From a virus: 64,000 nucleotides of DNA. Both the position numbers and the translations under genes were made by a program. Shown here in pieces: positions 9,702-18,270 of the stretch. Below the pieces are notes generated by a model, which made no database searches, was not told the DNA's origin, and saw only the letters and a list, made by a program, of their open reading frames with translations. The stretch is taken from positions 17,269 through 81,268 of IMG/VR virus record IMGVR_UViG_3300005533_000009; one strand, written 5' to 3'. Each line of letters starts with the position of its first letter. Position 1 is the stretch's first letter.

Positions 9702-9864
9702 TATAAGTTATAACCTATTCGAAGTACCTTGTGGTGGCGATAACACCTTAAATATGCTCAGGGAAAAGAGTAGAGGCAGTACATAGGTTCTCATTATGAC
9801 TCACATGGCATTGGTGAAGTGACAGAAACTTCATGGATGTACATTAATAATGGAAAAAAATTAA

Positions 9865-10229
9865 ATGGCTGCATTACTAGAAGCGGCTGTGGAAGCTGTC
9901 GAACTTGATGCGTTTGCAAAAGAGATTCCCGACCTAGTTTTCCATGGCACTACTGCTTACACTCTTTTCAAGAATGAAGCAACTAAGATTCCTGTAAGCA
10001 ACCAGTCTAACGCAGGCGGCGTTCAGCGTCCATCATTCCGTGTTCCTTTCCGTGTACAAAGCGGTGCGGCAATTTCGCAGGGAACTGGTAACGCTGATTC
10101 AATGCTGCGTGGTTCTGGTTCACAGTGGGCATCATTTGCGCTTGCCCCTGTATATTTGTTCAACGTGTGTGAAATCTCATGGTTGGCACAGGCATCAACT
10201 GACAGCAAGCAAAAGGGCTTGTTCGCTGT
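9865..10229 (+). CDS. Major capsid protein, exon 1
   Basis: Joins in frame with exon 2: ...GLFAV|KAQEMKNSLD; spliced product 447 aa. Confidence 0.8.
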
Positions 10230-11020
10230 TAATACTTTAGCAGCGGCTGCGTAGTAATACATGGCGTAGAAATAATCTTGCTATATCGGGGAAAACCTGT
10301 TATCCTAAAGATGGAAATAGACAATCCCGAGGGAAGATAGAATGACAAAGCAAAGTAAGTTTTCATACCTTGCAGGTTTCATGGATGGCGAAGGAACATT
10401 CGCTATCGTCAAAACCTTCTCGGTTCAAAGAAAACCGGATGGAAGTAAGAAGCGTTACGTGGTATATAAACTGAATATCTCAGTAAGTAATACCAACAAA
10501 GAAGTCATGGAATGGATAGCCTTGAATTTTGGAGGCAAGCCACTGCCGGGAAGCAATGAAGGTCGAAAGCCTCATTATAAAACTCGGTATGCATGGCACG
10601 TAACACACAGAGACAAACAAAAGAGTTTTATTCTTGGTTTGTTACCTTACCTAGTTGCGAAAAAGGAACAAGCAAAAATAGCACTACAATTCATTGAGAC
10701 TTATTCGAATGAGATTGGGGTGCCGCTTGATTCTGCGGTGGTAGAGAAAAGAGACCAGTTGAGAAAGCAAATGCAAAAACTCAACGGTACACTACCTTCC
10801 GATTCTAAACCCGTAGAGACTACACGCAGGACTCCAAAGTGTACAAAATGTAATCATCTAGTTTCAGAGCATACTTCCACAGGATGTAATGTAAAAGTAT
10901 GTGATGCTGCTGGAGATTTAGATTTTTGTCCTTGTGGATGATGATATAGTCCGAACTGCATAGTGATATGCAGAGTGTGGCAGAAATGTCATACCTAGCT
11001 TTTAGCTAGTAACATATTTG
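10230..11020 (+). mobile_element. Group I intron 1 in capsid gene (791 nt, carries LAGLIDADG ORF)
   Basis: P1 CGCTGT/GCAGCG ending in U-G; P3 TCTTGC/GCAGGA; P7 GACTA/TAGTC; three P9-region hairpins; terminal G 11020; P10 CTTTA/TAAAG. Confidence 0.9.
10342..10941 (+). CDS. Intron-encoded LAGLIDADG homing endonuclease
   Basis: YLAGFMDGEG motif; LPYLVAKKEQA. Confidence 0.9.
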   Translation: MTKQSKFSYLAGFMDGEGTFAIVKTFSVQRKPDGSKKRYVVYKLNISVSNTNKEVMEWIALNFGGKPLPGSNEGRKPHYKTRYAWHVTHRDKQKSFILGLLPYLVAKKEQAKIALQFIETYSNEIGVPLDSAVVEKRDQLRKQMQKLNGTLPSDSKPVETTRRTPKCTKCNHLVSEHTSTGCNVKVCDAAGDLDFCPCG

Positions 11021-11914
11021 TAAAGCACAAGAAATGAAGAATTCGCTAGACGCTGCTATGCAGGGTATTGAAGGTCTGATTAACTCAGACGGTTCTGGTG
11101 CAATTGACCAGATTCCTTCAACCGCAACTATCACTCTAAGTGGTGGTTCACCCGCAGCACAGACTGCTAGCATTGTTGGTATGAACGTGGCAGTTGCATT
11201 TTCAGATCAGCAAGTAGTTAAGTTCTACAGCACTGGTGGCGTACAGCGTACTGGTGGTGGTATCACTTCCGCAACGATTTCCTACGTTGACGGACCTAGC
11301 AACACTCTATATTTCAGCACTGCTCTGCCTTCAGACGTAGTGGTAACTGACTATGTAGTTGTTCAGGGTGCAACTTATGGAGCAGGTAACTCAATCCTTG
11401 GTATCAAGGCATGGGACGTTAACTCAAACACTGGTACTATTGCAGGTTTGAACCGTAACGCTTATCCCGGTCGTCTAAGCACTCCAACTATTAACCTAGC
11501 TGGTGCTGCATTGACTCCAAACATTGCCCAGAGAGCAGAAGTGCTCCTAGGTCGTGCATTGGGTCCAGACGCTGATAGCATCGAAAGTGGTATCTGGTAC
11601 GGTCCTCCTGAGCAGGCAATGGCTCAGAGCAATTTGTACTACAACGTACAAATCATCAATGCTCAAGAAGTAAAGGGCGACAAGACACTCGATATGTCTA
11701 AGAAGCACTTTGCTAATGAGTTTGGTGGCCGTAAGTATCACAAGAGTTGGACATTCTCACCAAACCGTATGGATTTGCTGGTAATGGACAACTGGTACAT
11801 GGGCGAACTTTCACCTCTTGAGCTTTATGACTTCGGGGGCGGGAATGTAGTTGCTCCAGTGCCTGATATCGGTAACAGTACCTCAAGCGGGTCATACCTT
11901 ACCTCACACATGTT
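11021..11914 (+). CDS. Major capsid protein, exon 2
   Basis: In frame with exons 1 and 3 after splicing. Confidence 0.8.
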
Positions 11915-12114
11915 GAACGTTACGTTAGGACATGTATAAATTTCTTCTGATTGACTCGAACCCTGAAATGGCAACGAGGCGGAACCCAATAGGGACCGTG
12001 AGAGACTAAGCGAAGAAACGTCTAAATGACGATGCAATAGTCCGATCACATGGGAATAAAACCATGTGAGTGCAACAGAAATGATTGCACCTCATACACT
12101 GAGTAACAACAATG
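11915..12114 (+). ncRNA. Group I intron 2 in capsid gene (200 nt, no ORF)
   Basis: P1 ACATGTT/GACATGT ending in U-G; P3 TTTCTTC/GAAGAAA; P7 GACTA/TAGTC; P8 CGTC/GACG; P9 hairpins; terminal G 12114. Confidence 0.9.
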
Positions 12115-12199
12115 CGCGTATAATTGCTGCTTCAATTTGGCAAACGCTGCTCCAAGAGCAGGTCTGTATATCCAGAATGCAGCAGTTCCGACCATCTGA
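12115..12199 (+). CDS. Major capsid protein, exon 3
   Basis: Splice gives ...LTSHM-F-AYNCCFNLANAAPRAGLYIQNAAVPTI-stop. Confidence 0.8.
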
Positions 12200-12234
12200 T
12201 TTTAAATAACTTAGATGTGTTTTTGATTGTGAAA

Positions 12235-12301
12235 CTTTGAGCCTCATGAACTCAAAGCGTGGAGGGGATAGCCTAATCTATCCCCTTCTCACTCTATTAG
12301 G
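12235..12301 (+). promoter_or_regulatory. Hairpin + SD-proximal pseudoknot element 5
   Basis: CTTTGAG-cctcatgaa-CTCAAAG; GGAGGGGATAG-cctaat-CTATCCCCTTC; loop pairs with ATTAGG 12296-12301. Confidence 0.85.
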
Positions 12302-12309
12302 AGAGAAAA

Positions 12310-12828
12310 TTGGTACAAAAAAGAAGAAGTACAAAACCTTATGAAGGCTACCCTTGGCATGAACAACATAAGGAAGAATTAAAAGAAAAAGCTCGTAAAT
12401 ATAGAGCGGAAAACCCAGAATACTTAAAGCGCAATGCTGAAAAAGCAAGACGTGATCGTTTAGAAAACCCAGAATTTTATCGTGCCAGAGAGTTTGCACG
12501 AGAAATGAAAAAATATGGTGTAACTGTAGAATGGTACAGAGATAAACTTATTGCTCAAAATGGACTTTGTGCTATTTGTCAGCATTTAAGTCATCATCAT
12601 GGTACTATTCAAAGATTACAGGTAGATCATAATCATCAGTGTTGTGATGTTAAAACCAAAAGTTGTGGAGAATGCGTGCGCGGTCTTTTATGCGCCGATT
12701 GTAATATTAATCTTAGCTATTTGGAAAAAATTTTGAAAGACATATACGGTCTGTATGAAGCCCGATGGGACTCATGGACCTCTAAGGCATTAAAATATTT
12801 GACTCAGTACGAACTTACTGCCAACTAA
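12310..12828 (+). CDS. Endonuclease VII-like homing endonuclease
   Basis: QNGLCAIC...LQVDHNH...VRGLLCADCN. Confidence 0.85.
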   Translation: MVQKRRSTKPYEGYPWHEQHKEELKEKARKYRAENPEYLKRNAEKARRDRLENPEFYRAREFAREMKKYGVTVEWYRDKLIAQNGLCAICQHLSHHHGTIQRLQVDHNHQCCDVKTKSCGECVRGLLCADCNINLSYLEKILKDIYGLYEARWDSWTSKALKYLTQYELTAN

Positions 12829-12903
12829 CCACGGTAAAAAGTGTGGCAGGAACCCTCTAATTCTGGCTATTTCACCGTGAATTTTAGCCAGTTAGAGGAA
12901 CAA

Positions 12904-13140
12904 ATGGAGACTCAGATGCAAAATAATCCAGCAGTAAATATCGGTAGTACATCCGATCCATGGGTATTTAATACCCCCCAGCCTTATACTTATTATTACA
13001 ATACTTATGCCCAAGCGAGAACAATTGGACAAGAAATTGTAGATGCGTATAAGGCCGGAATTTTAGACCGAGACGAAGCAAGAAAAGCTTTCAAAAGAAA
13101 TTATCCATACATATTAGTAGACGAGACTCAGGAGCAATAA
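12904..13140 (+). CDS. Hypothetical protein
   Basis: ATG 12904 after GAGGA, within ORF 12841..13140. Confidence 0.45.
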   Translation: METQMQNNPAVNIGSTSDPWVFNTPQPYTYYYNTYAQARTIGQEIVDAYKAGILDRDEARKAFKRNYPYILVDETQEQ

Positions 13141-13764
13141 ATGGGATTAGGTGGTGGAGATAAGCTGGCGAAGGGCGCTAGAAGTGCTCAATTCGCTGGC
13201 GGTCATGCTACTGTAGACGACGAGATTATTATTAATCCGTCTATGGTTTCTCAGGAAAATCAAGAGGAACCGTCATTAACAGTAATTGACAAAAGACATA
13301 ATTACCTTGATTCATTCAAGGAAGTTAAAGTAGCAGAAAACACAGTTGTAAAAGAATTTCCAGATAAAGAATACGAAATAGGTAGACCTATTCTGGATCG
13401 CCTACTTGTTATGAGAGTGTCTATTGATCCTGATGAAGAACTGCTAGAAGATGGAAGCGTAAGAAATAAAAAGACAGGAATTATCACTTCATCGGCTTAT
13501 AGACAACATACTAATACTGGTATTGTTTTGGCTACTGGAGGCTCAGTAGTTATGGGTGGAGTAAAGTTTCCTACTAGTGACTTTGTTAAACCCGGAGATA
13601 GAATTTTTTATGGAGACTACAACTCAGAGTTGTTTCCTATTGATGAAGAGCGAGTAAAACAACTTTGTAGAGCTATTAAAGTAAACTACGAAAAAGTTGA
13701 AAACGGCATTCGTCTAATCAGGGTACAAGATGTGCGTATGGTTGAGAGTCCAAAGGAAAACTGA
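13141..13764 (+). CDS. GroES-like co-chaperonin with N-terminal extension
   Basis: RPILDRLLV...GII...GIVLATG...VKPGDRIFYGDY...LIRVQDV follows the Cpn10 pattern. Confidence 0.7.
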   Translation: MGLGGGDKLAKGARSAQFAGGHATVDDEIIINPSMVSQENQEEPSLTVIDKRHNYLDSFKEVKVAENTVVKEFPDKEYEIGRPILDRLLVMRVSIDPDEELLEDGSVRNKKTGIITSSAYRQHTNTGIVLATGGSVVMGGVKFPTSDFVKPGDRIFYGDYNSELFPIDEERVKQLCRAIKVNYEKVENGIRLIRVQDVRMVESPKEN

Positions 13765-14063
13765 TGTCAGAAATCATTAGACCAGATGATGTCATACAGC
13801 AAGCTCTTTCCCCTGATTGGTGGTCACAACCTGTAAGCCGTAGAGCTTTCCAAGCGCAATTACAAGCTATAAGTCAACATTTAGCTGATTTATACACGGC
13901 TGCTGATACGGCTGCTATATTGATTAATTTCATTATGGAAGAAAGACTTGCTAAGACAGAAGAAGAAAAAGCCGCTCTGCGTACCGAAGTGGATGAATAT
14001 GTAAAGAAAAAGAAGGCTCAGATAGAAGCATTAAAGAAGGCTCAGAGCAATTCAAATGAGTAA
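13764..14063 (+). CDS. Hypothetical protein
   Basis: Coupled ORF with RBS. Confidence 0.5.
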   Translation: MSEIIRPDDVIQQALSPDWWSQPVSRRAFQAQLQAISQHLADLYTAADTAAILINFIMEERLAKTEEEKAALRTEVDEYVKKKKAQIEALKKAQSNSNE

Positions 14064-14826
14064 TCGTAAAGATACTTACCAACTTTATCAATGTCCCCAA
14101 GAATTTCAAGATAGGCTAAATGAAGTTGGTGGTTTTAACCGCTACGACATGCCCAATTTTATAGTACGTTGGGGTCAAGGCGGTGAAGACGAGTGCTTAT
14201 ATCGCGCAGGGGGACATTGGCACCCGGAGAATCAGCCCTCCTTTAAAGGTTATAGAGATTTACTTATTGGTCATGGTAGCCCTTGCTGGCTCCTGATGCA
14301 ATGGGAAGACGCTGTAGTTTATGGAACCCCCGAAAGCTACTATGTAGGAAACTACGATGACGAAACAGGATTACAAACCCTAGGTGAGTATCCTTATCAA
14401 GGTAAATACAAAGTGCTTTACCATTTACAGTGGAGAGATATGAAGAATGGTAATATGAAAACAGAGCCTATGCCTCTGAATTCTTACCTGATTCAAACTA
14501 TAGTTCCTATTATCATGATGGCAAAAGATATATCTGATGCTAAAAAAATGGAAGCTATAAAGCAGCAAAAAGAACAAGAAGATAAAGCTGACCTTCAAAT
14601 GATTGAAGACGTGATGAGAGACTCCTCTCTGTCGTTTAAAGGTCCAGTATCATATTCAAGACAAGGTTGCCGTACATCTATCATTGATAAAAAGGTAGAA
14701 GAAATGACTCATTACTGGAACAAAATGGTAACCAATGCAAAACAACTAGGTCGAGGACTCAGTGCTCATACAGTAGACAGTGAGATTGGCCGACAACAGT
14801 GGATGACTCAAGGAGATAAAACTTAA
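14056..14826 (+). CDS. Hypothetical protein
   Basis: 256-aa coupled ORF. Confidence 0.5.
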   Translation: MSNRKDTYQLYQCPQEFQDRLNEVGGFNRYDMPNFIVRWGQGGEDECLYRAGGHWHPENQPSFKGYRDLLIGHGSPCWLLMQWEDAVVYGTPESYYVGNYDDETGLQTLGEYPYQGKYKVLYHLQWRDMKNGNMKTEPMPLNSYLIQTIVPIIMMAKDISDAKKMEAIKQQKEQEDKADLQMIEDVMRDSSLSFKGPVSYSRQGCRTSIIDKKVEEMTHYWNKMVTNAKQLGRGLSAHTVDSEIGRQQWMTQGDKT

Positions 14827-15758
14827 TGGCTGATGTTAACGCCGGAATTACAACTCGCCCAGATTTGACTAGGGCGAAAAACGAAGCATTTAATCTTGGT
14901 TATGAGTTTAATGCGTTCGATTATTTGCTAGGAAGAGCGCCAGAATACTATGTATACCTATATAATGTCTCAGAAGAAGTATACAAGGTTTCTAGACCTC
15001 CTATTGCAAAAGAAATTATTTTAGTTGGAAGACCAAAGGGTAAGAAATTTCAAGTATGTGGTAGATTCCCACAGCCCATGGTTCTTCCTCGTACCAGCGT
15101 AGATCAGAGTGCTATGGGATTTGATACCTTAGATGCCCGTCGTTTTGCTATGGACGTTATCAACTCAGAAAACCTGACTCTAAACCAAGATGCAGTTATT
15201 GACGCAAGAAATTCTTTTAGTGTTGGTCATGATCTTGGTAAAAAGGGTGTATTCTGGAGTTTGAATGGTCCCGGCAACGTTGGTAAGCGTGGTCCTAATG
15301 GTGAAGAGCTATTAGCGGAACCCACCGAAAAAGAAATTAATCGTGCCTATGATCGTATGGAAGGTTATTATAAGTTCCTGATTGATCAAGCTGACACTGT
15401 ACAAGCATCTGCTCCTGCTAAGCTCGGGGAAATTCTATCCCCAGAGCATCACGCAGCATGTGAGTACTTTGGTGAAGAGCGTCAATGGCACGCTAAGAGA
15501 AGTCGTCCCGCAGATTGTCCTAATTGCGGTGCCCGTATTAAAGAGGGCATGGCTTACCATATTGATGCGTCCGGTGATCTATGTATCATTGATTGGGAAC
15601 GCACTGTGAAATCAGGTAAGCGCACTCGTGCTCAGGCATTTGAAGCAACGGGTGATCCAAAGTTCGCTCCTAAGGAAGCTACAGTAGCAGTTGCAGAGGT
15701 GCCTCAGACACCCGCAGCCCCTAAGGTTGTAAGACCTACTGGTATTCCGTCAGAGTAA
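14826..15758 (+). CDS. Hypothetical protein with CPNCG zinc-ribbon-like motif
   Basis: 310-aa ORF. Confidence 0.5.
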   Translation: MADVNAGITTRPDLTRAKNEAFNLGYEFNAFDYLLGRAPEYYVYLYNVSEEVYKVSRPPIAKEIILVGRPKGKKFQVCGRFPQPMVLPRTSVDQSAMGFDTLDARRFAMDVINSENLTLNQDAVIDARNSFSVGHDLGKKGVFWSLNGPGNVGKRGPNGEELLAEPTEKEINRAYDRMEGYYKFLIDQADTVQASAPAKLGEILSPEHHAACEYFGEERQWHAKRSRPADCPNCGARIKEGMAYHIDASGDLCIIDWERTVKSGKRTRAQAFEATGDPKFAPKEATVAVAEVPQTPAAPKVVRPTGIPSE

Positions 15759-15843
15759 ACAAGCTTGGCATTTGAAAATCATAGCCAAGTAAGCGTTCTG
15801 AGTCCGTTGAACGGTTCTGATCGTAAGATGCCATGTAACATTT

Positions 15844-15891
15844 GCGCCACTCTGCCGAGGTTGTAATTACTTCCGGTAGGGTGGCGCTTTT
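15844..15891 (+). terminator. Long GC-rich hairpin followed by T run
   Basis: GCGCCACTCTGCCG...CGGTAGGGTGGCGC-TTTT. Confidence 0.55.
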
Positions 15892-15909
15892 CTATTTTAT
15901 GGAGAGCGC

Positions 15910-16773
15910 ATGAGCAGCCCGACAATTAATATACCATCGAATACAGGGGATACTTCCCTTCTGACCATTATGAATCTCGTGCGTGCTTATGTAAACGACT
16001 CTCAAGCTGGAGCCACAAGCACACCGGGAGAAGGACAGGTATTTACTGATAATCCTGCTATTTCACCTTTTACACAACCATTTCTTAATGCATCCATCAG
16101 AGAGTTATACAGAGAGTTAAGAAACGTTGGACAGCCTACTTTACTTAAAGACAACGTGATCGTATCTGGTCTTACTCCACTTAACAGCTTGGAGAATGGA
16201 CTAGGTGGGCCTAACCCTGATGTGCAGACGTATTTAAGTTTTAACGGGTACTTTGACGGTTTGACTTTAAATTCAAACCTTAAATTACCTGCCGATATGA
16301 TTTACCCTGTAAGACTATGGGAAAGACAGACTGGTTCCAACGACATATTTGTACCCATGGAACAACCTCAGTTTGGTCTACCATCCTGCTATCAAGGTCC
16401 AAAGCTTTGTTACTGGGAATGGAGAAATGATAATATCTGGTTTGTAGGTGCTACACAAACTAATGACGTTAGAATGCGTTACTGGTGTACACTTGCTACC
16501 TTCTTTAGTCAAACCTTGGATTTTGCTTCTACTTACGTGCCTATCATTGATTGCACTGACGCAGTAGCTTTAAAGACCGCAGTAAAGTATGCGGTGATGT
16601 TGGGTAGTCCCGGTTTGAACGACCTTAAAGTGTTGGCTGCTGATGCTATGTTCCAATTGAAGAATGGAATCACTCGCAGACAACAAAGTATTGATTACGC
16701 TAGGCCTCCGTATGGAAGTTACAATGGTGGAGATTCTTATACGAACGGCACCTATAATTTATTCTGGCAATAG
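15910..16773 (+). CDS. Putative head-tail adaptor
   Basis: Position after head genes; FLNASIRELYREL helix followed by beta-rich region. Confidence 0.5.
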   Translation: MSSPTINIPSNTGDTSLLTIMNLVRAYVNDSQAGATSTPGEGQVFTDNPAISPFTQPFLNASIRELYRELRNVGQPTLLKDNVIVSGLTPLNSLENGLGGPNPDVQTYLSFNGYFDGLTLNSNLKLPADMIYPVRLWERQTGSNDIFVPMEQPQFGLPSCYQGPKLCYWEWRNDNIWFVGATQTNDVRMRYWCTLATFFSQTLDFASTYVPIIDCTDAVALKTAVKYAVMLGSPGLNDLKVLAADAMFQLKNGITRRQQSIDYARPPYGSYNGGDSYTNGTYNLFWQ

Positions 16774-16779
16774 GAGTTA

Positions 16780-17514
16780 GTGATGGCAAACGTACCAACC
16801 TTTTTTAGAGATGACGGTTTTGTAAAAGGAACATTAGGACCAGCCGTACCGGGAGCGCAAGTTTTCGTAGTACAGCAGCCTGCAAATGTGCCTTCTAGCT
16901 TAACCGCAGCTAATCCTACTCCTACCCCACTCCAAAATATTTTTAGTGATCCAAACGGGTTAGTGCCTATAACCCAGCCTATTATAACTGATGGTTTTGG
17001 GCACTATGATTTTTATGTAACTCCCGGCACTTATACAGTGTGTGTTTATCTTAATGGTCTATTGAGTCAATCTTACCCAGATCAAACAATCGGTTTGGGT
17101 GGAGGGTTAGTTGCTGGTAATGGAATTACTATCAACGGTACTACCATCGCATTAAGCCCACGAGTTGCCGCTATTAACTACACCATAGACGGTGGAGGAT
17201 CAACCCCCGGCACTGGTGTTAAGGGCCAGTTAAGTATACCTTTTGCCTGTACGATTACAGGCTGGGTGATCACATCTGATGTATCAGGATCAGCCGTTGT
17301 AGATGTGTTGCGTTCAACATACGCGGGTTTTCCTACCACTGCTTCTATAGCGGGTACCGATAAACCAACTCTGTCTTCAGCGCAAAAGAATGAGAACTTA
17401 ACTTTAACACAGTGGACTACAGCTATTAATGCTGGGGATCAACTACAGTTTAATTTGAACTCAGTTGCTACGGTAACAAGAATCAACGTTACCTTAAATA
17501 TAACGGTGCCATAA
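16780..17514 (+). CDS. Virion fibre/appendage protein
   Basis: N-terminal DPNGLVPITQPIITDGFGHYDFYV anchor-like domain; Thr/Gly-rich. Confidence 0.6.
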   Translation: MMANVPTFFRDDGFVKGTLGPAVPGAQVFVVQQPANVPSSLTAANPTPTPLQNIFSDPNGLVPITQPIITDGFGHYDFYVTPGTYTVCVYLNGLLSQSYPDQTIGLGGGLVAGNGITINGTTIALSPRVAAINYTIDGGGSTPGTGVKGQLSIPFACTITGWVITSDVSGSAVVDVLRSTYAGFPTTASIAGTDKPTLSSAQKNENLTLTQWTTAINAGDQLQFNLNSVATVTRINVTLNITVP

Positions 17515-18266
17515 TGAGCATTGCATTAGCACAATCGTTTCTTGGTGGGAATGGAAACACTACAAATACTACACCATTTACATTAAATACTAGTGCAACA
17601 TTTCCTAGTAATGTAGCAGCCGGAAGCCTTATATTAGTGCATGGAGCAGCGAACGTTACCGCATCTACTTTAGGTAACCGTGAAATTCCAACCATGCAAC
17701 CAGCGGTGCCGGGAGCGGCACAGTCGGATTGGGTACAGACTGCACAAACAGCCATAAATATAGCATCTCCAATTTCTGCGAGAGGAAATTATTTATATTA
17801 CTTACAAAACTGTCCCGCTATATCAGCAGGAAGTACAATATCTGTTCCATGGATTTTTGCTGGTTCTGGCGTAACTCACACCATAACTGCTGAATTTGCT
17901 GTGTACGTATTCACTGGTGTATTAACAGCCGGAAACAAATTTACTGTCCAAGAGACTAACCATAATAATACTGGTACAGCCAGCACACCAAGCACTGCTA
18001 ATCTTGTAATAGCTAACACTGATTTATGTGTATGTTCATTCGTTGGAGATTCGGGCAATCTTTCGGCTGGTACTGGTTATACTCCCGGCATTAATATGTC
18101 TGTGGCTACATTTGGATCGTTGCAGTATATTCTTAATCAAGCTTCAGGGTCTATTGCAACCGCATTTTCTGGTGGTACTGAAGCAAATTGGGCTGCATCT
18201 GCTGCTGCGTTTAAACCAGCACCTCCAGCAAAAGGATTTTCTTTCGGATCAATTTTAGGAGCTTAA
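17514..18266 (+). CDS. Ser/Thr/Ala-rich virion protein
   Basis: Composition and context. Confidence 0.5.
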   Translation: MSIALAQSFLGGNGNTTNTTPFTLNTSATFPSNVAAGSLILVHGAANVTASTLGNREIPTMQPAVPGAAQSDWVQTAQTAINIASPISARGNYLYYLQNCPAISAGSTISVPWIFAGSGVTHTITAEFAVYVFTGVLTAGNKFTVQETNHNNTGTASTPSTANLVIANTDLCVCSFVGDSGNLSAGTGYTPGINMSVATFGSLQYILNQASGSIATAFSGGTEANWAASAAAFKPAPPAKGFSFGSILGA

Positions 18267-18270
18267 TCTT

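Noticed and set aside
9730-9780. Pistol or twister ribozyme in the capsid leader
   Set aside because: TTAAAT after a hairpin is suggestive, but the required pseudoknot complement of the loop was not found.
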